From Stramenopiles sp. TOSAG23-2 (taxonomy: Eukaryota), in assembly GCA_900128395.1 (NCBI GenBank), contig LT649334.1:1-36756 (forward strand): DNA of 36,756 bases. The letters are read 5' to 3'. Of this stretch, positions 20,779 to 30,177 are shown piece after piece. Numbering within the stretch: the stretch's first letter is position 1; each line of letters begins with the position of its first letter. The notes under the pieces were generated by a model. It was not told the origin of the DNA. It made no database searches and saw nothing but the letters and a program-made list of their open reading frames with translations. The position numbers and the translations under genes were made by a program.

Positions 20779-23700
20779 ATGTTTAAACGATATAATAGTA
20801 ATAACATTATAAAGTTATTATTAATATTGCTGCAGACTTGTAGTATAATTGATGGGCGTAAAATTCATAAAATAGAATACTTGAAACCGCGACGATTGGT
20901 TGCATGTACACCGGCTAGTACACCTGTAGATATCAATGCATTTGCTGGAGTATCAGGAGATATTACTATTCTAGGCACCCTTGATGGTAGTGCAAGAATA
21001 AATATAATAGGTTATCAACAAGCATGTTCCACCACTACATATACAAGTGCACCTGCCACAACGTCGATAGTTCCTACTGCAAATGGGGATGGATCGGTTA
21101 CATTTTCCGGTGTGCAACCATCTTCTTCTGGTCGCTTTAGTATCTGTTTATCATGCGACAATGGTGCAACTTTTTCTATTAATGTGGGTGTCTATCGCGT
21201 AGAACCGCAGATAGTAAAGAACCATACGTTTAACTTATATAATAATAGAATAGGATATATCAATGTTTCAGGGTATGGACTAGATATAATAGATCGTTTA
21301 AAATTAGTAGACGAAGAATATGGGTGTGAGAAAAACGATGATCCAACTACAAAAGCACCAGAAACAATAATCACTATACCAGAAGTTGGAATATATAATA
21401 CTTATGCGATTTTTGGCCCATTTTTACCAGTTAACACGACGTACGTAAATAAATTTCAAGTTTGTTATGCTTTTGATGGAATTACATTTAATAACCGTAT
21501 TGGAATATTATATATCAGACCAGTTTTTACATACGAAGCTGATACAAATTTCACCTTAGTCTTAAATGGCCCGTACGATGATTCTTTTCACGCAAACGAT
21601 TCCAAAATTGCAATGGCATTGTATAGTTTTCAAACTTCGTGCGCTGATAGTAGTACAATCACAACCGACGGTTTTAATATTGATCCCAGCACTTTATCAA
21701 CTACAGTTGCAATTCCATCAGAATGCGCTGATCCTGCCTACATAGACCAGAGCACTTGCGAGGCGCAAGGAGAAATATGGATTACAGGATCTGGATGTAG
21801 CAAAGCACATTCTGAGATAATCGATACCTACACTTCTAATGTTGCATGTACGACACAAGGTACATGGGTAACACCATGTTCTGTCACTTCAGGTGGAAGA
21901 GAAATTGATTATGAAAAATGTGTTGCTGCTGCTAGCACATGGGACAATGTAAATAACACATGTACAAATTCAGACTATACCTCTAATACTGCATGTACGA
22001 CACAAGGTACATGGGTAACACCATGTTCTGTCACTTCAGGTGGAAGAGAAATTGATTATGAAAAATGCGTTGCACCTGCAAAAACTTGGATAACAGGTGC
22101 AGAAACAGGTTGTGTAGATATGTATAATAATAAGGATATTTGCAACGCAGACAGTTCGGCTAAGTGGATACAACTAATCAATACCATTTTATTTTCTGGC
22201 ATATCTACAAGAATTTCAGGATTGTATCGAATCTGCTATGGCACAGACGGTACAGATTTCTCTACGGAACTTGGTATGTTGGAAATTTTTGGTCGAGTTG
22301 ATTACAAGGCAACTTATCGCTTAAGTTTTAGTTTTGCTGCATCGATTATAGTTACTGGGGCTGGTTTAGATACATCAAATCGGATCCTTGCCATTGCGAG
22401 TGATTCATCATGTACAAAGTATTTAGAGCATAGTTCTTACACTGGTGCACCAGATCTTACATCCGTTGTTCCATCAGTTACGCTCAATCGAAATGCTGTT
22501 TTTCCAAATGTGCTTGGTGAAATGCTTGGAAATTACAAACTTTGTTTCAAATTTAACGATAAAGATGGTTACATTAAGGATATTGGAACCTTATCTATTG
22601 TTTGTGGAGACGGTATTATAACACGGGAAGGAAGTAGATTATGCTCTTCCTGTGCACCTGGATACTACGATAGCATTGATGATGAAGGGATGGCATGCCT
22701 ACCATGTCGGAAAGGTCAATACTCACTGTCGTCTGGCAGTGAAACTTGTGAAGAATGCATTGCTGGGAAATATGCACCGGAAGATACGTGGGGAGAGGAA
22801 TGTTTAGAGTGCGCATCGGGGTATTACTCCGATACAAATGCAAGTGCCACCTGTACAGCATGTAATGCAGGTCAATACAATGCTCTTTCAAATAGAGTGG
22901 AATGCATTCAATGCGACCCTGGGAGATTTTCGACCTATAGCGCTGCATCTGCTTGTGTTGATTGCGATATAGGCCAATATGTGGGAACCTCATCGGCTGC
23001 AAATTGTATTCTATGTAGGGTTGGTTACTACTCTGATGAAATGGGTTTAGATGCATGCAAAAATTGTCTTTCTGGTAAATTTATCGGAGTTGAAGGCGTA
23101 TCGACATGTTCCTTATGTAAAACAGGTTATTACGTCAATGTTAATAATAGTGTAAGCTGCAACGAGTGCCTCGCTGGTCAATATCAAGATGAATTTGGTT
23201 CTTATGAATGTAAGTTTTGCGCTGTTGGATTTTTTCGCCCTGACGATGACTCGCCCAATAGACGAGATCCTTCCTCTTGTATTCCATGCGCCCCAGGTTT
23301 ATATTTAAATAGCATTGGACAAATAGCTTGCAAAGATTGCGAAGTTGGTTACTATCAAGACGAGGAAGGAAAAATTGAATGTAAGGCATGTGGCCCACGT
23401 ACATATTCGAAAGAAAAATTTTCAACGTGTCTTCCACAATGTGCTTGTCCTACAGGATATTTTGGCACTAAACCACATCTCTCAATTGATTTAAATAGTA
23501 TGTGCGAAGCATGTCCACCGGGACATGTGTGCGATAGGGGAAAAGTAGTTGTTAATGATGCGACGATAATAGCTAATATTCCAACTAATGCAACTATTCA
23601 TTATGAAAAAGAAATATGTGATCCAGATTTAGAAGGTACAAATGTATATTTCTGCACATCGAAATCATCAAATCGAGCGATTGTGCCACCAGGATACATA

Positions 23701-26700
23701 GCGATTCCAAACGATTACCATACCACGTTCAAGAACAAATCTGACATAGAATTGTGTCCTAAAGGCAGCAACTGCAATCTAGGCGTTGCGACACCTTGCA
23801 CTGCTGGAAAATATGCCCCTATTGAAGGCATGCCACATTGCTATGAGTGTCCAGCTGGAAGATATTCAAATAGCAGTGGTTTCAGTGAATGCGATATATG
23901 CCCCGAAGGTTATTTTTGTCCTGCCAGCACGTCGGTGCCATGTCGCTGTGGAGTTAACAACGAAAGGCTTCAAGATTGTGGTTTATATACCGCATATGAA
24001 ATAGGGGGTCCACAACAATTTTATTGTCCGTTAGGTTCTCCGTATAGATTAACGGCACTTGCTGGATGGTATACCCTTGGTGATGATTATGATATAATGG
24101 AAGAACAGACTAGGTGTGAAGTAGGTGGAGAATGTATAATGGGAAATAGAACTGTCTGTCCTGGAGGGCGATATCAAGATGAAATTGAAACTAGTGCATG
24201 CAAAATTTGTATTCCAGGTATGTTTTCAACACCACCTGTAGTAGCGGAAAATGATTTAAATGTACTTTGTACTGATTGCCCAGTCGGACGTCGAGCACAA
24301 AATCCAGAGATGACGTATTGCGATGCTTGTATTCCCGGAAAATTTAACAATGTGCTTGCTCAAGCTACTTGTAAAAATTGTAACCCAGGCCTTTTCTCGA
24401 ATACAAATGCAACAGTTTTCTGCACGCAATGTTATAGAGGTCAATGGAACGCGGAACCAGGAAGGACATATTGCGATTTTTGTTTACAAGGATCAGATAC
24501 AGAAAATCAAACAGGATATACGAAATGTGTCAATTGTCCACCTGGTAGAGTAACTCCTCGTATCGCTACTGGCAAGTGTGATTTATGCCCTGCAGAGCCT
24601 GCACAGTATCAAGATGCATCAGGCGGCATGTATTGTAAAAATTGTTTGCCTGGCCGCGCTAGTAACGACGCGCGAACAGGATGCTCAGAAAGTGGTAGAA
24701 ACGTTATTTATCGACGATCGGTTGTTCATACTGAGTCTTATCCGTATGTACGGTCGCGGCATCATTTGCAGGCATATTTTGAGTTGAACGCCGACCCAAC
24801 AAGGACGATAGAATTCGATGGTGAAAAGGTTGCAGTTTCAACTCAACGAAAAGAAGTTTATGGCTACGAAGTGCAGTATGGCACAGATCGTTCCTTTTCT
24901 GATCTTACCCGTGTTTCAAAAGTTCGCGGGCTATTGTTGAACCATGAAATGAAAGTAACACCACCAGAAGAATTCGCAGGAGCAAATAGTATATACATCA
25001 AAAATGAGAACGTACAAGAACCATATTGTGCAGATCCAAATGGTAACAAATTGCCAAGTAGTGACGAAACAGAATTTGACATGTCAATGTTTAGCAATGA
25101 TACGACGACATACGATCAAATATGTAGACTTCGCACTACGCAACGCGATTGTAACACCATGCAAGAGATTCAAACAGCAGGAGAGACTATTGTTCCTTGT
25201 GTTTGGATAGTGCCGCTGCTACTATGGCCCTGCACTGCTCAACTCGGTACCCTAAATGCAGGACAACCTGGGTTTGATTGTGGTGCGATAGTCGTTGAAA
25301 CGAAAGAAAATCTTTTTGATGATTGTGTCTATGCACGCGTTGTTCCAGTTTTGATGCCTGATCCGTTCAAACCAGGAGGTGACATCCCGATGATTGTTCC
25401 ATTAAGAGCGTCTGGCTCTGTTTATGTCGATAATCCAAATCCTTTCACAAAATTTCTTCCATGGACAACTAGTAGAAAGTGTGGCGATAGTCGTTACTTG
25501 GAAACTAGAATGAATGCGTTGAAATATGGATATGGAAAAAATATGGATGTTAAAAAGCTAGTGAACGATGTGTACGGGGAAGAATTCTTACCAGACCCGT
25601 ACAAATGGGAATGTGTAGAGTGCCCATATGGGGGAAGCTGCAAAGGGGATATATTTTGGGAAGGAATTAAACCTTTGTTTGGAAATTGGAGGGCAAGAAG
25701 GAAGGGAATGATAGAGTTCTATCGTTGTACATACGAATGGGCTTGTCTGGGAGTGATGAATTTAGATTTTGAGGCACGTGGCTATATGAGATCAGAAGCT
25801 GCAGAGACATGGACCACTGCCGATTACATGCCAAATGCAGCTGTATCTCACCCAAATGCAGAATGGGCAAAACGACAATTTGCATTAGAATTAGATGAAG
25901 ATGGTGAAGTGGTAGAAGAAGAAGAAGGAGAAGGAGGGGAAGATGACTCAGCTGGTGTAAATGGTACTGCCGATGGTCGAGGGGCAGATGTACCAGAATT
26001 ACAAGCCGTCACAGATCAAAATGTAGCCAGTGGCAACGAAACAAGCTACGATGAGATTGATAAGAATGAGGGTGGGTTAAGTCTTCAAGCATTTGCCAAT
26101 GGGCCAATTTTAATCACAGAGTCTGATAATGGAATCGATATTGTTGATGATTTCAATCTTGCAGTAATAAACCATCGTGAAAAATGTTTGTTTGGGTATC
26201 GTGGTCCTGTTTGTGGGTTGTGTATCACCGAACCGAAATTTTTCATGTCACCCGAGGGTTGCAAAAATTGTGAGGCGCAGGAGATAAGCACGCAAGACAT
26301 TATTAATACGGTGCTTCTCGCATTACTTATTATAATCGTCTGTCTTTGCATATACATGTTGATTAAAAACCAACTTGATAATCTTGAAGCTATGGATGCT
26401 ATCATATCCGATTTAAAGTTGCTATTGAAAATCATGATGAATTTCATGCAATTGCTTTCAAGTATACCTTCTATTATTTCGATAGAAATGCCACCGCAGC
26501 TGTTTTCGTTCTTGGTTAGTATCAACTTTGTCCAGTTTGATATGGGGGGTATAATTGGACTCCCATGTATTGATCAAGGGGATGCGTTTGAAGCATATCA
26601 ATTAGACTTGATGATTATGGGTGGTCTCTGCGGTGCAGTTGTACTAAAATCAATTATAGCTGTGATGCGAAAAGCGGGATATTGCCCAAAGTTTTGCGGA

Positions 26701-28152
26701 GGTAGATTAGAAAGAAAAGTTGTAGAAAAAGGTGAAGACGAAAGTGCTCGTGATAAAATACGAAAACATTTAATGAAGTTGAAAAATTTAAAAACGACGG
26801 AGACATTAACGAAGAAACAAGAATATATGAGAGCACTGTTAAAAGAGCATGCGGAGGGCAATACGAAAGGAGGATTGCACGCATTACACAATGGCGGCGG
26901 CGCTGAAGAGGAGGGGGAGGAGGAGGACGACGGGCCAAAGACAATAACTGACGTTTTGTATGGTGCGCGTACTACAATTTTCATGATCATGCTTTTTTAT
27001 CACACACCTACTATGGTTAAAACGTTTAATTTCTTTCGTTGCGTCACAGTGGACGAGATAGACTACTTAGAGATGGATTTGCGAATTATTTGCTGGACAC
27101 CTAGGCATATAGGCATGTGTATGTTTGCTGGTTTTGTGGCAATTCTTTATGGAGTTGGATTGCCGTTAGGTATTTTTTTGTTTTTAGTCAAGAAACGTTG
27201 GGAACTTCATAAACCGCAATTAAGAAAAGCATTTGGTTTCGTAATGGGCGATTACAAGCCAAATGCATTTTTTTGGGAAACACTAATTATTGTTCAAAAA
27301 ATGCTATTGACGGGTGGGTTGGTTATGTTCTATGAACAAATCACTATTCAAATTTCCTTAGCTATCATATTTTCTGGGATGTACCAAGTGCTGAGCGCAC
27401 TATATGATCCATTTGATAGTTATGCTGCTGGATTGTTGAACACTATTACAGCGGTAACTGAAACCGTAGTATATCTATCTGCTTTAGCTCGTCGTGCGAT
27501 GGAAACTACACCTTCGACAGAGGAAAGTGGGCAAGAGGACGTTGTAGGTTTATTTATTGTCATTGTTTTACAAGTTGCGTTTGCATTTTCACTCGTTGCT
27601 GCTGGTATATCCGTGTATGATAATGCAAATGCAATAGAAGCGGAAATGGGCGAAGATGGTTGGGATGATGACGATGTAGACCAGAGGACATATAAGGAAA
27701 AACTAGTTGGAAAGTACCATGAGAATAAATATAAATTGTCCTTACATCATATGACTGGTGGTCTACTTGGGAAAATGTCAGTTCATCATCCAGACTACGG
27801 TAAAGGCGATGGTCCAAGGACAATTGATAAACCTAGTACTGGATTAAAAAAATTGCCGCCCCATCTCCAAAAACGTATACATCACAAGAGAAGGAAAAAG
27901 AAGAGTCGCAAATCAAGCCCGAATGGACGTAATTCTCAATCTCCTGAAAGAGAAAGTAATGTTCAAGGGCGATCTTCGTTAATGAATGGTTATAGAAAGA
28001 ATAAATTGAAAAAGAAATCAAGAAAGAAACAAAACAACAAAAAGAAAGGAGAAGAAGCATCCCTATCGGAACAAGCTGGTGCAAAGAAAAAAATGTTAAA
28101 ACGAAAGAGAAGAAAGATGAAAAAATTTAGTGTGACAGCAGAAGAGATTTAA
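20779..28152 (+). CDS. Large secreted-type multi-pass membrane protein with GCC2/GCC3 (ephrin-receptor-like) Cys-rich repeats and a protist multi-TM C-terminal domain, 2457 aa
   Basis: ATG 20779; signal peptide IIKLLLILLQTCSIIDG; many CxxCxxGxY repeats (about 22600-24690); juxtamembrane CLFGYRGPVCGLC; KIMMNFMQ, CVTV...YLEMDLRIICW and YKPNAFFWE..IVQK motifs with multiple hydrophobic helices; Lys-rich tail. Confidence 0.88.
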   Translation: MFKRYNSNNIIKLLLILLQTCSIIDGRKIHKIEYLKPRRLVACTPASTPVDINAFAGVSGDITILGTLDGSARINIIGYQQACSTTTYTSAPATTSIVPTANGDGSVTFSGVQPSSSGRFSICLSCDNGATFSINVGVYRVEPQIVKNHTFNLYNNRIGYINVSGYGLDIIDRLKLVDEEYGCEKNDDPTTKAPETIITIPEVGIYNTYAIFGPFLPVNTTYVNKFQVCYAFDGITFNNRIGILYIRPVFTYEADTNFTLVLNGPYDDSFHANDSKIAMALYSFQTSCADSSTITTDGFNIDPSTLSTTVAIPSECADPAYIDQSTCEAQGEIWITGSGCSKAHSEIIDTYTSNVACTTQGTWVTPCSVTSGGREIDYEKCVAAASTWDNVNNTCTNSDYTSNTACTTQGTWVTPCSVTSGGREIDYEKCVAPAKTWITGAETGCVDMYNNKDICNADSSAKWIQLINTILFSGISTRISGLYRICYGTDGTDFSTELGMLEIFGRVDYKATYRLSFSFAASIIVTGAGLDTSNRILAIASDSSCTKYLEHSSYTGAPDLTSVVPSVTLNRNAVFPNVLGEMLGNYKLCFKFNDKDGYIKDIGTLSIVCGDGIITREGSRLCSSCAPGYYDSIDDEGMACLPCRKGQYSLSSGSETCEECIAGKYAPEDTWGEECLECASGYYSDTNASATCTACNAGQYNALSNRVECIQCDPGRFSTYSAASACVDCDIGQYVGTSSAANCILCRVGYYSDEMGLDACKNCLSGKFIGVEGVSTCSLCKTGYYVNVNNSVSCNECLAGQYQDEFGSYECKFCAVGFFRPDDDSPNRRDPSSCIPCAPGLYLNSIGQIACKDCEVGYYQDEEGKIECKACGPRTYSKEKFSTCLPQCACPTGYFGTKPHLSIDLNSMCEACPPGHVCDRGKVVVNDATIIANIPTNATIHYEKEICDPDLEGTNVYFCTSKSSNRAIVPPGYIAIPNDYHTTFKNKSDIELCPKGSNCNLGVATPCTAGKYAPIEGMPHCYECPAGRYSNSSGFSECDICPEGYFCPASTSVPCRCGVNNERLQDCGLYTAYEIGGPQQFYCPLGSPYRLTALAGWYTLGDDYDIMEEQTRCEVGGECIMGNRTVCPGGRYQDEIETSACKICIPGMFSTPPVVAENDLNVLCTDCPVGRRAQNPEMTYCDACIPGKFNNVLAQATCKNCNPGLFSNTNATVFCTQCYRGQWNAEPGRTYCDFCLQGSDTENQTGYTKCVNCPPGRVTPRIATGKCDLCPAEPAQYQDASGGMYCKNCLPGRASNDARTGCSESGRNVIYRRSVVHTESYPYVRSRHHLQAYFELNADPTRTIEFDGEKVAVSTQRKEVYGYEVQYGTDRSFSDLTRVSKVRGLLLNHEMKVTPPEEFAGANSIYIKNENVQEPYCADPNGNKLPSSDETEFDMSMFSNDTTTYDQICRLRTTQRDCNTMQEIQTAGETIVPCVWIVPLLLWPCTAQLGTLNAGQPGFDCGAIVVETKENLFDDCVYARVVPVLMPDPFKPGGDIPMIVPLRASGSVYVDNPNPFTKFLPWTTSRKCGDSRYLETRMNALKYGYGKNMDVKKLVNDVYGEEFLPDPYKWECVECPYGGSCKGDIFWEGIKPLFGNWRARRKGMIEFYRCTYEWACLGVMNLDFEARGYMRSEAAETWTTADYMPNAAVSHPNAEWAKRQFALELDEDGEVVEEEEGEGGEDDSAGVNGTADGRGADVPELQAVTDQNVASGNETSYDEIDKNEGGLSLQAFANGPILITESDNGIDIVDDFNLAVINHREKCLFGYRGPVCGLCITEPKFFMSPEGCKNCEAQEISTQDIINTVLLALLIIIVCLCIYMLIKNQLDNLEAMDAIISDLKLLLKIMMNFMQLLSSIPSIISIEMPPQLFSFLVSINFVQFDMGGIIGLPCIDQGDAFEAYQLDLMIMGGLCGAVVLKSIIAVMRKAGYCPKFCGGRLERKVVEKGEDESARDKIRKHLMKLKNLKTTETLTKKQEYMRALLKEHAEGNTKGGLHALHNGGGAEEEGEEEDDGPKTITDVLYGARTTIFMIMLFYHTPTMVKTFNFFRCVTVDEIDYLEMDLRIICWTPRHIGMCMFAGFVAILYGVGLPLGIFLFLVKKRWELHKPQLRKAFGFVMGDYKPNAFFWETLIIVQKMLLTGGLVMFYEQITIQISLAIIFSGMYQVLSALYDPFDSYAAGLLNTITAVTETVVYLSALARRAMETTPSTEESGQEDVVGLFIVIVLQVAFAFSLVAAGISVYDNANAIEAEMGEDGWDDDDVDQRTYKEKLVGKYHENKYKLSLHHMTGGLLGKMSVHHPDYGKGDGPRTIDKPSTGLKKLPPHLQKRIHHKRRKKKSRKSSPNGRNSQSPERESNVQGRSSLMNGYRKNKLKKKSRKKQNNKKKGEEASLSEQAGAKKKMLKRKRRKMKKFSVTAEEI
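21843..22067 (+). repeat. Intragenic direct duplication, 78 bp identical, 147-bp period
   Basis: 21843-21920 equals 21990-22067; encodes CTTQGTWVTPCSVTSGGREIDYEKC twice. Confidence 0.97.
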
Positions 28153-28205
28153 AAAAAATATACGCGCTCTTAGATATACGAGTCGTATTCGTATGCATAT
28201 GTATT

Positions 28206-29654
28206 TTACAACGATTCTAAATCAATAGAAGAAGTATTACCAACTCCACTGTATCTAAATTTCCATTCATGACCAGCAAGTTTCTTTATTTTCTTTTTCT
28301 TTGTCTTGGTAAATAATTCAATATAGTAATCATCATCCTCGCTATTTCCCCCCCCTTCATCTTCATTTAAGCTATTGTAATCATCATCATCGTCATAATC
28401 AGCGTTTGCAATTTTTTCTAATAATTTCAAAAATTCCACGTCATCTAAATTTTTATCATATATAGGAACATCGACGTTTTTTTTACCTGGAGTATTGCTA
28501 TTCATGGCGCCACTATTCTTATTCTTATTATTCATATTGCCACCAGAAGTAGTTCTTTTATAATATTCATCTGTCAATTTCATTGTTTTCTTTTGATAGG
28601 ATACAACATCTTCTTTTGCAGTTGCAAACAATCGTTCTAAATCTTCTGGCAATTCAACTGGTTGTAATTCCTTCGGCACTAAACATAATTTTTGCCAATG
28701 GTAGAATCCAATTACTAACTTTTTTCTTTTCCATCTACCAATTGCCATTTGTATTAAATGTCTTAATCTATTTTTTCTATTTTTAGCATTTATACAAAAA
28801 GTGTGCCATGCTTTAAATGCAGTTGAGATGTCTTTATTTTTCATATGTGATAATAATTTTAACCTTGTTGCAACAACTTCTTTCACATGCAATTTCCAAT
28901 TTTGAAATAATAATGTTACATAACGATTATTCCAAAAATGTACAGCTTCACGTAATGCACGTTTATGATACAATGCAACACGCCTAGAAAAGGATGCCCA
29001 ACGATTATAGCCAAACTTTAATTGTTTTCGCAAAACTCCATTGAACAATTTATTTATTAAATACCTTGTTCGTTTTCTGCGTTTTAGAAAAGAACACCAA
29101 CGACGAAATAATTGATATGTTTCACGTTTCTGCCAGTATCGTATTGCCATACCATTCATTTCCATCTCACGTTCCCTTGCAAAATAATATACCCCTGCCT
29201 GCCATTGTACAAACAAGTTTCGTAAGTTTCTTTTTTTCCAAAATCTTGATGCAATTTCTAATTGATATTTATCACCTTCTTGCTTTGATAAAACAAAATC
29301 CATCCATATCCCCCAGGCCTGTTTCTTATCAGGTCGTGTTACAACTCGTTTTAAAAGCTGCCATTGTTGATATCTATATAAAAATGCATTGAAACCTTTG
29401 CGTAAGTTCCGTTGTTCAAAACGTTTTAAAAAATCTATTTGCTGAGATTTTTGTTTTTTTAAATAAATTTTCCACAGGAAAAAAAATTTGCGTGATTTAA
29501 ATTTATATCGGATCCGAGCAAATAGATTTTGTTTCTTCGGTTTTAATATATTAGTAGTTATATTTGCAAATTCAAACATTTTTTTTTTACTTGTTGAATT
29601 TAGTTTCGATACAATTGGAACTTTTGTTGGCAAACGATATACAATCGACGCCAT
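28206..29654 (-). CDS. SFI1-like (centrin-binding repeat) protein, 482 aa
   Basis: First ATG at 29654 (the ORF track start is GTG). Basic helical repeats with recurring F/L..W (FFFLWK, LFVQWQ, LFRRWC, GYNRWA, LFQNWK, AFKAWH, GFYHWQ) preceded by A..[FY]W; acidic tail. Confidence 0.7.
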   Translation of the reverse strand: MASIVYRLPTKVPIVSKLNSTSKKKMFEFANITTNILKPKKQNLFARIRYKFKSRKFFFLWKIYLKKQKSQQIDFLKRFEQRNLRKGFNAFLYRYQQWQLLKRVVTRPDKKQAWGIWMDFVLSKQEGDKYQLEIASRFWKKRNLRNLFVQWQAGVYYFAREREMEMNGMAIRYWQKRETYQLFRRWCSFLKRRKRTRYLINKLFNGVLRKQLKFGYNRWASFSRRVALYHKRALREAVHFWNNRYVTLLFQNWKLHVKEVVATRLKLLSHMKNKDISTAFKAWHTFCINAKNRKNRLRHLIQMAIGRWKRKKLVIGFYHWQKLCLVPKELQPVELPEDLERLFATAKEDVVSYQKKTMKLTDEYYKRTTSGGNMNNKNKNSGAMNSNTPGKKNVDVPIYDKNLDDVEFLKLLEKIANADYDDDDDYNSLNEDEGGGNSEDDDYYIELFTKTKKKKIKKLAGHEWKFRYSGVGNTSSIDLESL

Positions 29655-30177
29655 AATTAATTTGTGTACAATAACTTTGTGTATATATATATATCCACAA
29701 GACACAACGTGTTGAATAGAAAGATTACCTATGGTCTATATATGTGTATATGGAATCTGATATATACCATTTTATCTATCCTCGTATCATATATATATAT
29801 TTATTTGAAAATGTACTGTAATTCTAAGTAATGCACTAATGATGTGCTAATAATTAATAAAATTTTTTTTTTTTTTTGTCATCACAGGTGCACAGCACAA
29901 TACTGTATAGTAATGCCAATAATATTATTTACGACTGGAATAATAAATAACGTCCGTGCATCCAGGCAATGCTGTGTCCATTGAAATATAGCACAGACAC
30001 AAGGGGTGTTATTTTCAAGTTGGCATTTGGAAAATGTTATAGGCATAATCAAAAACCAACAAACAAAAAAGGCAATCATCCCCAGCAATCCAGCAATCAT
30101 CTTCTACTAAAATAAAAAGGTAGGTCATAGACTTTGAATTGCACAATTCAAACAAATTTATTAATAATTAAATTTGT

